From a virus (taxonomy: Duplodnaviria > Caudoviricetes), in the IMG/VR virus record IMGVR_UViG_3300012942_000116, positions 1 through 28,000 of that record: a DNA stretch of 28,000 nt, one strand, 5' to 3'. Position numbers and translations under genes: made by a program. The notes under the pieces were generated by a model, which had not been told where the DNA came from, searched no databases, and saw nothing but the letters and a program-made list of their open reading frames with translations. Shown in pieces: positions 1-7,789 of this stretch (the stretch's first letter is position 1; every line of letters begins with the position of its first letter).

Positions 1-1
1 C

Positions 2-466
2 TGGAAATTTACGGCTCAGGAGTGGACTGATAGGGAAATTAAAAACTATCAGCAGATTCCTAAGTATGTGATCTACCACAATCAGAATTTCCCTGAGTAC
101 AAGATTACTCATGCTGCTGTAGTTAATCTGTTCACTCGCGCAACTAGCCGTGACAATCGACTTTTTGTCTTCAAGTGGCTTGATCTGAGTGCGAAGAAAC
201 TCGAGTCTGTCGAGGAAGAAAATAAACTGCTTGTGGGCAAGACCGCATTGATGAAGGAAGTTTTCGAGTTAGGACTTCCAGGTGTGCGACCCGTGAGGAC
301 CGCGGATCACTTCCAATGCAAGATGTGCATCTTTGGTGACGATGTTTGTCCACGACTTGCTGAAGGTAAATCAATCGAAAATTACATTAAGCTTAATTAC
401 GAAAAGAATACTTATTTCGACGAAACTTACGGAGACGAGGAAAAAAATGGATCAGAAACTTCTTAA
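2..466 (+). CDS. C-terminal part of a PD-(D/E)XK / Cas4-like exonuclease (5' end outside window)
   Basis: The frame of ORF 68..466 is open back to base 2: (x)WKFTAQEWTDREIKNYQQIPKY..., resembling the DxK ... Q..Y motifs of RecB/Cas4-type nucleases. C-terminal Cys cluster CKMCxFxxxxC. Lies upstream of an ATPase and an SSB-like gene. Confidence 0.65.
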   Translation, partial: WKFTAQEWTDREIKNYQQIPKYVIYHNQNFPEYKITHAAVVNLFTRATSRDNRLFVFKWLDLSAKKLESVEEENKLLVGKTALMKEVFELGLPGVRPVRTADHFQCKMCIFGDDVCPRLAEGKSIENYIKLNYEKNTYFDETYGDEEKNGSETS

Positions 467-1259
467 GGCTCTTGAGACAGAAGGAAAACCTAAGCCTCTT
501 GCTTCTACGAAACGTTATTACAAAGGCTTTCTCTACGGAGAGTATGGAGTTGGAAAAACAAAGCTTTGCGGTGACTTGGTACAGAAGAAAGGTTTGTGCA
601 TTGCGACTGACACTGGCCCGGAGACTTTCTTCAACCACCCAGAACTTCTAGACAAGATTGACATTGTCGAGTACCAGGGTTTAAGCCACATTACTGCTAT
701 CGCTAGTGCAATTGCAGAAGGGGCTACAGTAGGTGAGACCGATTACAGTGAATATGACTTAGTTTGGGTTGACACTGTTAGTCAGGTACAAGAAGAATAT
801 CTCGACTTCCTTAACGATAACTTCACCTACACTGGTAACTATCGTGAGAAGGCTATGCCGCGTGATCCTAGGTCTGGTCTTACTGTTCAGGAAGTCATTG
901 GACAGCCAGATTACCATTTGACTCGTAACCACATGAGACACCCTATCAAATCCTTGATTAAGGCGCCGGTTGATGTTATATTCACTGCACACCTTCGGGA
1001 GCCCTCGCCGATTGAACAAGGAAAAGGTAAGATTACTAAACGACCTACTCTTACTGAGACAGTCTTTAAATTAATCGCCCGCGAGGCTACCTGGATGGGG
1101 TTGATGGAAAGGGAAGGAACTAAACGAACAATTCAATTTGAAACTACAAAGAAATCAGTAGCAAAAAGTAGAATCGCAGAACTAGACAACAAAGTAATTA
1201 ATGCAGACGCTCTACCGAACATTCTGCATGAATGGAAACGAAAGAATTCAGGAGAATAA
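447..1259 (+). CDS. AAA-family ATPase (AAA_24 / Sak4-like recombination ATPase)
   Basis: Walker A GEYGVGKT, Walker B VWVDT, and an FTAH motif. Start moved from 333 to ATG 447 (MDQKLL), which is preceded by GAGG. Confidence 0.75.
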   Translation: MDQKLLKALETEGKPKPLASTKRYYKGFLYGEYGVGKTKLCGDLVQKKGLCIATDTGPETFFNHPELLDKIDIVEYQGLSHITAIASAIAEGATVGETDYSEYDLVWVDTVSQVQEEYLDFLNDNFTYTGNYREKAMPRDPRSGLTVQEVIGQPDYHLTRNHMRHPIKSLIKAPVDVIFTAHLREPSPIEQGKGKITKRPTLTETVFKLIAREATWMGLMEREGTKRTIQFETTKKSVAKSRIAELDNKVINADALPNILHEWKRKNSGE

Positions 1260-1261
1260 AA

Positions 1262-1732
1262 ATGGGACTTTTTGGTGAGCAGGACGCTTCACAGGTTAAC
1301 GCCGATCCGTTCTTCATCCCGGAGGACATTTACCGTAGTGTCCTTACGGATATGACTCTTCGACAGACTCAGGCCGGTGGCTACGGTCTTTCGATGAACT
1401 GGACTGTGGACGATGAAGATTCGGAATACTACCAGACTGGTATTTCGGATTGGATTAACATCTACTTCCATGACGAGGATGCTAAGGATTCTGCTACGCT
1501 TCGTCGTGCGCGGGCTACTCTTAAGCAGCGTCTGACGGAGATCGGTCTTTCTGAGGCTCAGATGAATGAACTTGTTGACGATTCTGGTGACGAGCCGGTT
1601 CTCAACGATGACATTGTTGACGAGTTTATCGGAACGGTTCGCCTTGTTCAGGTTGTCAACTCGCGCGACAAGAATGACCCGGAGAAGGTCTACACGAACA
1701 TTCGTAAGATTAGTGCTCTTAGCGAGGACTGA
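1262..1732 (+). CDS. putative single-stranded DNA-binding protein
   Basis: Acidic, beta-rich protein directly after the Sak4-like ATPase, ending in ...KVYTNIRKI. ATG 1262 follows GGAG. Call is mainly from gene context. Confidence 0.5.
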   Translation: MGLFGEQDASQVNADPFFIPEDIYRSVLTDMTLRQTQAGGYGLSMNWTVDDEDSEYYQTGISDWINIYFHDEDAKDSATLRRARATLKQRLTEIGLSEAQMNELVDDSGDEPVLNDDIVDEFIGTVRLVQVVNSRDKNDPEKVYTNIRKISALSED

Positions 1733-1806
1733 TTAAAAGTGGTGCCTACGCGGAAGTAGGACAAATGTCGTGAATGCGAAACAGCCACTAAAATAACTAA
1801 ATACAA

Positions 1807-1887
1807 GGCTACAGAGCGAGCCACCCATCTATTTTATTCATTCATTGCTTGACTCGTACTGATTGAATTCACTTTCGTTCTGTAGCC
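1807..1887 (+). ncRNA. putative structured RNA hairpin closed by GGCTACAG/CTGTAGCC
   Basis: ggctacagagcgag (1807-1820) pairs with ttcgttctgtagcc (1874-1887) with two G-U pairs on the + strand. It ends 2 nt before tRNA-Gln. Confidence 0.5.
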
Positions 1888-1889
1888 GA

Positions 1890-1961
1890 AGCCCCATAGT
1901 GTAACTGGCAGCACGCGATACTTTGGTTTTCGTAGTTGAGGTTCGAATCCTTGTGGGGCTG
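1890..1961 (+). tRNA. tRNA-Gln (anticodon UUG)
   Basis: Acceptor agcccca/tggggct, D-arm gtgtaactggcagcac, anticodon stem cgata/tttcg (one mismatch) with loop ctTTGgt, T-arm tgagg-ttcgaat-ccttg, discriminator G. CCA is not encoded. Confidence 0.9.
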
Positions 1962-1963
1962 CT

Positions 1964-2002
1964 TGATCCGGCGCCTTTAGATTCTATATGAATCCCGGAT
2001 CA
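1964..2002 (+). other. bulged hairpin between tRNAs
   Basis: tgatccgg (1964-1971) / ccggatca (1995-2002) plus inner gattc-tatat-gaatc, with an 8-nt one-sided bulge. Confidence 0.55.
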
Positions 2003-2011
2003 GAGTAAAGT

Positions 2012-2076
2012 GGCTACAGGAGCGCAACTAATAGGAATAACGAAATCACAGGCTTTCGCCTATTAGTCCTGTAGCC
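2012..2076 (+). ncRNA. putative structured RNA: three-segment bulged hairpin closed by GGCTACAGGA/TCCTGTAGCC
   Basis: Perfect segments ggctacagga/tcctgtagcc, ctaatagg/cctattag and cgaaa/tttcg (23 bp in total), with 6-nt and 5-nt bulges on the 5' arm only. Confidence 0.6.
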
Positions 2077-2084
2077 TACCTCTA

Positions 2085-2157
2085 GCCCTAGTACTCCAAT
2101 GGCAGAGAGAAGCGACTTAAAATCGTTCCAGTGTGGGTTCGAGTCCCACTTAGGGCA
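2085..2157 (+). tRNA. tRNA-Leu (anticodon UAA), short variable region
   Basis: Acceptor gccctag/ttagggc, D-arm ctc-caatggca-gag, anticodon stem agcga/tcgtt with loop ctTAAaa, T-arm gtggg-ttcgagt-cccac, discriminator A. Confidence 0.9.
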
Positions 2158-2177
2158 CTTTCTAGGAGGTAAGGTAA

Positions 2178-2357
2178 ATGGAAGAAGCAATTAAGAAATT
2201 AGATAATTGGCTTAATTCAGGTCGTTGGGAAGGCGAGCCGAACGAAGTAAGAGTTCTGCTTAGTTCTTCTAAAATAGAAGATGATGTTACCTTAGGCGAT
2301 TTGAAAAGTATTGTTAGCGACTTCCATGCGATGCGAGAGCATATCTCCAATTTGTGA
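2178..2357 (+). CDS. hypothetical protein, 59 aa (not in ORF track)
   Basis: ATG 2178 follows strong AGGAGGTAAGG. Translation MEEAIKKLDNWLNSGRWEGEPNEVRVLL...HISNL, stop TGA 2355-2357. Confidence 0.75.
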   Translation: MEEAIKKLDNWLNSGRWEGEPNEVRVLLSSSKIEDDVTLGDLKSIVSDFHAMREHISNL

Positions 2358-2505
2358 GTACGGCACAGAGAGAGTAATTGGGTACGTACAGTGTCAGAAA
2401 AACCAGCACTTGGATTATCACGCAGCAGAGATTTTAATTCAGCCAGAAGAGCATCACAGAGATTACAGTCTACCAAGAGTAACAATCTGGAAAACATGGA
2501 GGTAA
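2326..2505 (+). CDS. small Cys/His-rich hypothetical protein
   Basis: MRCESISPICEY...QCQKNQHLDYH... fills the gap between flanking genes. Start is uncertain. Confidence 0.5.
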   Translation: MRCESISPICEYGTERVIGYVQCQKNQHLDYHAAEILIQPEEHHRDYSLPRVTIWKTWR

Positions 2506-2510
2506 AGGAA

Positions 2511-2783
2511 ATGGCACAAGACTATGGTAATGAAGTTATGAAGGCAAGTGAAAGCCCCATCAATCCTTTTGACGGATTAGCAAGACTTGAGCTTACAATT
2601 GATTCTATGTACGACACTCTTGCTCCTGTTTTAAAGGCTCCTGACACTGACTCCCCTCATGCTCCGTTTATGAAGAAGGAAGATCGAAGCGAAATTAATA
2701 ATAACTATAGGGAGCTTAACTTCCGAATTCATGAAGCAACCAATCGTCTGAAAGAACTTACTGAACGAATCGACATTTACTAG
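2511..2783 (+). CDS. hypothetical protein with C-terminal coiled coil
   Basis: Part of ORF 2391..2783. ATG 2511 (MAQDYG) follows GGAGGTAAAGGA. Confidence 0.7.
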   Translation: MAQDYGNEVMKASESPINPFDGLARLELTIDSMYDTLAPVLKAPDTDSPHAPFMKKEDRSEINNNYRELNFRIHEATNRLKELTERIDIY

Positions 2784-2793
2784 TAATTAAATT

Positions 2794-2824
2794 GAAAGGC
2801 TATCTGTAAATTGGATGGTCTTTC
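2794..2824 (+). terminator. stem-loop (terminator or tRNA-processing hairpin)
   Basis: gaaaggctatc (2794-2804) / gatggtctttc (2814-2824) with G-U pairs, between a stop codon and tRNA-Lys. Confidence 0.45.
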
Positions 2825-2827
2825 TAC

Positions 2828-2900
2828 GGAACGTTAGCTCAGTTGGTAGAGCAGCGGACTTTTAATCCGCGGGTCCAGGGTTCAAGCCCCTGACGTTCCA
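2828..2900 (+). tRNA. tRNA-Lys (anticodon UUU)
   Basis: Acceptor ggaacgt/acgttcc, D-arm gctc-agttggta-gagc, anticodon stem gcgga/tccgc with loop ctTTTaa, T-arm caggg-ttcaagc-ccctg. Confidence 0.95.
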
Positions 2901-2914
2901 CTTTCTTTCTAGGG

Positions 2915-4657
2915 ATGGATAGATGGGACCGTACGTTGCAGACTGCGGAGTTTCTGCATGAACTATTTGACGGCCTAGAAGGCTATGTCTACGCACCTAC
3001 CAAGGAAGGTGAAGGCGAAGACGCGGAGTGGCTACAGAACTTTTTTAAATGGCCCGCGCAGGAGGAAAAACTCCTAGGTTTCATTGCAGAGAATGCCGAA
3101 ACAAAAGACTGTTACGTAGCACCTGCAATCTTCAAGGCTCCATCTTCTAAGAAGAACTCTTTCAAAGAGACTAACTTTGTATGGATTGAGTTTGACGGAA
3201 ACGCGCCGTCAATTCTCCCGTCGGGAATTCCTGACCCAACTATTAAGATTCAATCTTCTGTAGCCAAGCACGAGCATTGGTATTGGCGGCTACAGGAGTC
3301 CTCTGTTAACAAGAATGTAGTTGAGGGGCTTACTCAGAAGCTAGCCTACACTCTTGATGCAGATAAAAGTGATTGGGACGTTAATCAGGTTCTGCGAATT
3401 CCTGGAACTCGTCATCAAGAGTCTGGTCGCCGCGTAAAGGTACTTAGGTCTACAGGCCAAAAACACGCTATTGGTGATTTTCGCGGCCTTGTTACTAATA
3501 TTCCTGCACCTGTAGCCGCGGGAGTCTATAAGGAAATTCCTGACCTTAAGGCTACTGTAGCCAAGTATACGTGGCCCGAAGAAGCTATTGATTTATTTTA
3601 CAAAGAGTCGCAGCCGATAGGTTCTCGGTCTAGTGCAATGACTGCGCTCAGTTTTCATTGTGTAGAAATGGGTATGAGCGATGCTGAATGTTACGCAGTC
3701 CTTTTTGATGCAGACCAACGTTGGGGAAAATATCGAAGTCGCAGTCCAGAGGATCGGGCGAAACGACTTATTAGTATCATTAGCCATTGTCGATCGAAGA
3801 AGGAGTTGGAAGCAAACCTCGTTCTTACAGAACGTGATAGTTTCCTCAAGCTTGCCGATTTCCGAGCACTTGACCTCCGCGTTGACTGGCTGTATCAAGA
3901 CTTTATCACAACACAAGGACTTGGAATCATTTCCGCTGCACCCGGCACTGGAAAGAGCACGCTCTCGCTTAGACTCGGATTTAACCTCATCTGTGGCAAA
4001 CCATTCCTTAAATGGGATTTTGGAAATGTGCCTGCACAACGCGTTGGATTCCTTTCGCTAGAAATGGCAAGCAATGAGTTGAAGAAATTCATTGTAGATG
4101 ACATGTGGCCGAGTCTTCCGTCAATCGAAGCCGCGCTAATTGATCAGAATTTTTTTCTGCTTCCTCTTGGTTACCAGATGCCATTGTGGACTAAGGAATC
4201 CCAGAAGTTCGTAACAGAAGAGATTCAGCGAAATGGAATTACATTCTTGATTATCGACTCACTCAAAGCAGCCACAAATCTTGATGAAAAGAACATGGAC
4301 AAGTTTTTTGAGTGGATCAATAAGACTCTGCGTAGCGAACTTGGAATTACCGTTTGGTTGATTCACCACAATCGTAAGCCACAGAGTGATGGTAATGGTT
4401 CTAGGGCCCCTAAAGGACTTGAAGACTTCTACGGAGACACTTTTATCACCGCGCATCCGAGTACGGCTGTAGGTTTGCACCGTGTTAGCAAAGCAACACT
4501 TAAGTTTTATCCGTTCAAAGTAAGGCTTGCGGAAGAACTTGATCCGTTCTATATTGCTAGAGATAGAACCCTTGATTTCAAAGTAGTTACTGGTGAAGTA
4601 AAGGAAGAAGAGAATGCCGCTACAGGAACTGACTCCACTACAAGCACTAAGTTTTGA
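2915..4657 (+). CDS. primase-helicase fusion (RepB-like primase N-terminus, AAA_25/RecA-type helicase C-terminus)
   Basis: N-terminal WIEFD, QSS...HEHWYW and D..QVLRIPGT motifs. C-terminal Walker A AAPGTGKS, SLEM, Walker B LIIDS and IHHNRK. Confidence 0.85.
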   Translation: MDRWDRTLQTAEFLHELFDGLEGYVYAPTKEGEGEDAEWLQNFFKWPAQEEKLLGFIAENAETKDCYVAPAIFKAPSSKKNSFKETNFVWIEFDGNAPSILPSGIPDPTIKIQSSVAKHEHWYWRLQESSVNKNVVEGLTQKLAYTLDADKSDWDVNQVLRIPGTRHQESGRRVKVLRSTGQKHAIGDFRGLVTNIPAPVAAGVYKEIPDLKATVAKYTWPEEAIDLFYKESQPIGSRSSAMTALSFHCVEMGMSDAECYAVLFDADQRWGKYRSRSPEDRAKRLISIISHCRSKKELEANLVLTERDSFLKLADFRALDLRVDWLYQDFITTQGLGIISAAPGTGKSTLSLRLGFNLICGKPFLKWDFGNVPAQRVGFLSLEMASNELKKFIVDDMWPSLPSIEAALIDQNFFLLPLGYQMPLWTKESQKFVTEEIQRNGITFLIIDSLKAATNLDEKNMDKFFEWINKTLRSELGITVWLIHHNRKPQSDGNGSRAPKGLEDFYGDTFITAHPSTAVGLHRVSKATLKFYPFKVRLAEELDPFYIARDRTLDFKVVTGEVKEEENAATGTDSTTSTKF

Positions 4658-6437
4658 CGAGCAACTTGATCTTTTTGCTTCTTGCAATTACGCGGCCATT
4701 GATACAGAGGGCTACAGCAGAAATGTTTATGGAATTTCTGTAGCAGCAAAGGGCTTGTTTAGTGGGTTGTACTTTCCTTTAGACCACATTGGTGAAAATC
4801 TTTCTGTAGCCCAAACTAAAAAGTTGTATTCAATTATTGAACGGCTCGATACCGCTGTTTTTCATAATGCGGCGCACGACCTCGAAGTTCTTGAGTCGAT
4901 TGATTTGGAGTACAAAGGTTGGTTTCATGATACAATGCTTATGGCGCATTGGGTTAATGAAGAAGAGTTTTCTTATGATCTAGATAATCTGACTCGCGTG
5001 TATAAGGTGTCTCGTAAGCAGATGCCGAAGTCTATGAAGATGATTATTGATTCAGATGGTTGGCGAGCAGTTCCTCTTCGTTTAATGACTGCCTACTCGG
5101 GTCAAGACGCTTTCTCTACTCTTGAATTAGATGAGAAAATTACTGAGAAGTTTTGGACTCAATTCGATCGTGAACTTTGGGCTACAGAACAAAAGTTTAT
5201 TCGTGAGAATATGATGCCTATGATGCGTCGTGGAATACGTATTGATACGGACTATGCTCTCACTGAGTACATGCGCGGCGATCAGATTATGAAGCAGTTG
5301 AAGGAAGAATTAGGTATTAATCCTTCTTCTTCTAAAGACTTGCAGAAGTTGTTTATTGAGGACCTTGGACTTCCTGTAGTCAAGCACACAAAAGCTTGTG
5401 AAAAGTGTTTCCCTAAGCAGAAGTTTATACGTAAGCAAGGCGTACATACTCATGATGCTAAGCCTTCTTTTGATAAAGAGGCTATGGAAAAGTACGATGT
5501 TTTGCTGGCTAACAATGAAGATCCGCGTGCTAAGCAAATTCTAACTTTCAAGGGTTGGCAGAAGACCTGCTCTAGTAACTACCTTCCTTACATGAAGTTA
5601 GTGGATGAGAATCATTATTTGCATCCTGGTTATAAACTTCATGGAACGCGTACAGGTCGTCTCTCATGTGCAGAGCCAAACCTTCAGCAGATTCCTAAGC
5701 ATTCTGATAAGGATTGGAACGGCGGGTTGAAGCAAGTTTTCATTCCTACTGAAGGTTTCGACAATTGGACTGTAGACTACAGTCAGCTTCAATTCAGAAT
5801 GACTGTTGCTTACGCAGTTGCTTTTGCTCGTGAGAATGGTTTTGAATGTTTTGCGGAAGAAGATCTTCTCGCAGCCTTCAATGATTTTGAGCGAGACGTC
5901 TTTACGGAAATGACAGGTTCATTGGCAATGAAACGTGACGATGTAAAGACTATGGTTTACTTGATTCTTTTCGGTGGTGGAGGACAGAGGGCTGCGGATG
6001 CATTCCGAATTTCTTTGGAAATGGGACAAAGTCGAGTTAATGATTTCTACGAGCAATTCCCAAACATCAAGCGTGTAAGTAAGAGTGCGGAGTCTAACGC
6101 TCGTAGGAATGGTCATGTACGCTACTGGACGGGCCGCAGACGGCATTTCGGCCACGGAGCGCCCTTCTACCGCGCCTTCAACGCCGTTATTCAAGGTGGA
6201 GAGGCAGAAATTATGAAGAGGGCTATGATCTATGCTACAGAAGAAATGGATGAATCAGAGGCTCGTTTCGTTCTTCAGATTCACGATGAACTTGTTCCCG
6301 AAATCAAAAAAGGAATGGAAGATAAGTACCTGCCCATTGTGCAAAACGCAATGGCAAGAGCAGGACAAGACTTCTCCGACTTTATTGGAGTAGACATTAA
6401 ATTCAAAACCGATGTGAAACCTTGGGGTAAGAAATGA
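4614..6437 (+). CDS. polA: DNA polymerase, family A, with 3'-5' exonuclease domain
   Basis: Exo motifs IDTE, FHNAAHD and YSGQD. Polymerase motifs TRTGRLSCAEPNLQQIP, A DYSQLQFR, B RDDVKTMVYLILFG, NAVIQG and C QIHDEL. Confidence 0.95.
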   Translation: MPLQELTPLQALSFDEQLDLFASCNYAAIDTEGYSRNVYGISVAAKGLFSGLYFPLDHIGENLSVAQTKKLYSIIERLDTAVFHNAAHDLEVLESIDLEYKGWFHDTMLMAHWVNEEEFSYDLDNLTRVYKVSRKQMPKSMKMIIDSDGWRAVPLRLMTAYSGQDAFSTLELDEKITEKFWTQFDRELWATEQKFIRENMMPMMRRGIRIDTDYALTEYMRGDQIMKQLKEELGINPSSSKDLQKLFIEDLGLPVVKHTKACEKCFPKQKFIRKQGVHTHDAKPSFDKEAMEKYDVLLANNEDPRAKQILTFKGWQKTCSSNYLPYMKLVDENHYLHPGYKLHGTRTGRLSCAEPNLQQIPKHSDKDWNGGLKQVFIPTEGFDNWTVDYSQLQFRMTVAYAVAFARENGFECFAEEDLLAAFNDFERDVFTEMTGSLAMKRDDVKTMVYLILFGGGGQRAADAFRISLEMGQSRVNDFYEQFPNIKRVSKSAESNARRNGHVRYWTGRRRHFGHGAPFYRAFNAVIQGGEAEIMKRAMIYATEEMDESEARFVLQIHDELVPEIKKGMEDKYLPIVQNAMARAGQDFSDFIGVDIKFKTDVKPWGKK

Positions 6438-6613
6438 CCGAAGAGCAAGAATTAAGGTTAGCAGCATTAGACCGTGCACTTACTTTTGTACGAGATAAGA
6501 AGTTTGCAGATATGCCTCCTAGTGGTGTAACCTTTAGTGGCTCACGTACTACGCATACTGAAGACGACGTTGTCAAAATTGCTAAGAAATTTGAAGGGTA
6601 CCTTACCAAATGA
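6434..6613 (+). CDS. hypothetical protein, 59 aa (not in ORF track)
   Basis: MTEEQELRLAALDRAL...DVVKIAKKFEGYLTK. ATGA overlaps with both the polymerase stop and the next start. Confidence 0.8.
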   Translation: MTEEQELRLAALDRALTFVRDKKFADMPPSGVTFSGSRTTHTEDDVVKIAKKFEGYLTK

Positions 6614-6975
6614 GTATCGCTATTCCAGGAGCCTTAGAGCTTCAGTTCGTCGCTTCTGTTAATCAGACAGCCAGAATTTGTCACGAAATTTCTTTATCAA
6701 AAGGTTTTGGGGACGATCGTAGTTTTGGAGATATTATCTCCTTAATTCATTCGGAACTTAGTGAAGCCTTAGAAGAGTTTCGTAACGGGCACGAACCTAC
6801 TGAGATTTATTTCAATGGGCAAAAGCCTGAGGGAATTCCAATCGAGTTGGCCGATGCGGTGATTCGTATTTTCCAGTATTGTGATACTGCTGGAATTGAT
6901 CTCGGTACCGCAATTATCACTAAAATGGAATTCAATAAAACTCGTCCTTCTAAGCACGGCGGAAAGGTAATTTAA
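6610..6975 (+). CDS. MazG-like nucleotide pyrophosphohydrolase
   Basis: LIHSELSEALEEFR ... ELADAVIRIF ... KMEFNKTR, the ExxE / ExxD metal-binding helices of all-alpha NTP pyrophosphatases. Confidence 0.85.
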   Translation: MSIAIPGALELQFVASVNQTARICHEISLSKGFGDDRSFGDIISLIHSELSEALEEFRNGHEPTEIYFNGQKPEGIPIELADAVIRIFQYCDTAGIDLGTAIITKMEFNKTRPSKHGGKVI

Positions 6976-7310
6976 TGGAGCCTCAGGGACCTACTGAAGA
7001 GCAGCGTGAAAAAATTCTTGAGTTGGTACACTCTATGCAAACAGGTGTACAGTTTGAAATTGCTCATGAAGAAGGAACAGTTGAAATCGATTTTGGGCCG
7101 AGTTCTTCTGCTTCTAATCGTAAGCATTTACGTGTAGGTGTAAACAATGCTCTGGTTGAGATTGGTGCTTTACGAAACACTCTCATTAAGTGTGGTGTTT
7201 TTGAAGAGCATATTTTCTGGAGTACTTATATCGAGGCTTTAGAAGAAGAAGTCAAGGGCTACGAAAAGAAACTGTCTGAGTTTATGGGCTCAGTGGTTCA
7301 CCTACACTAA
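6975..7310 (+). CDS. hypothetical protein
   Basis: 111-aa ORF with TAATG coupling at both ends. Confidence 0.75.
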   Translation: MEPQGPTEEQREKILELVHSMQTGVQFEIAHEEGTVEIDFGPSSSASNRKHLRVGVNNALVEIGALRNTLIKCGVFEEHIFWSTYIEALEEEVKGYEKKLSEFMGSVVHLH

Positions 7311-7789
7311 TGACTATTAATCTTCTTGGAACTCAGCCCATTCACTATCTGGCAATTGACCCAGGTAGTTCTAGAACGGGTTGGGCTGCCGCAGGAGAAG
7401 ATGGCACTGTTCTCGGGAACGGTGTCATTGTTGGAGAAGACGAATTCTTAGACTGGCTTGAAGAACAAGAGTTTAAAGTAGCTATTGTTGAAACTTATAG
7501 AAACCGTGGTAACCGTCACGATTCTTGGTCAAAAATGCCAGTCTCTCAGCACGTTGGTGCTATCAAAAGAATTCTTCGTAAGGCAAAAGCAGAAATCGTA
7601 GAGCAAGAGCCCAGCCCGGCTTTGGCTACAGGGCTAAGGTTTCTAGGCCGCGCAAACGAGTTTAAAGGTAAGCACGTACCTGACGAGATTTCGGCTACAG
7701 CCCATTTAGTTTTCTATCTTCGATTACACAGAATTGGAATTCACGGAGTAGGAGTAGCACGTGCCTCAAAAGACAGTCAAGGTGGGTAA
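7310..7789 (+). CDS. RuvC-like Holliday junction resolvase
   Basis: YLAIDPGSSRTGWA, IVETY, and late HVPDEISA acidic motif (RNase H fold). Confidence 0.7.
   Translation: MTINLLGTQPIHYLAIDPGSSRTGWAAAGEDGTVLGNGVIVGEDEFLDWLEEQEFKVAIVETYRNRGNRHDSWSKMPVSQHVGAIKRILRKAKAEIVEQEPSPALATGLRFLGRANEFKGKHVPDEISATAHLVFYLRLHRIGIHGVGVARASKDSQGG

Noticed and set aside
2-466. Cas4-like nuclease as evidence of a CRISPR-Cas system
   Set aside because: No other cas genes or array are present. Solo Cas4/RecB-like nucleases next to Sak4 and SSB genes are ordinary phage recombination modules.
1729-1790. Possible hammerhead ribozyme or riboswitch (CGAAAC present)
   Set aside because: The CUGAnGA core is absent (ctgatta) and no known aptamer consensus was recognised. 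It is kept only as a generic structured element.
4614-6437. Intein or intron in the polymerase or helicase
   Set aside because: Both ORFs are continuous and of compact length, with no intein splice motifs or homing endonuclease seen.
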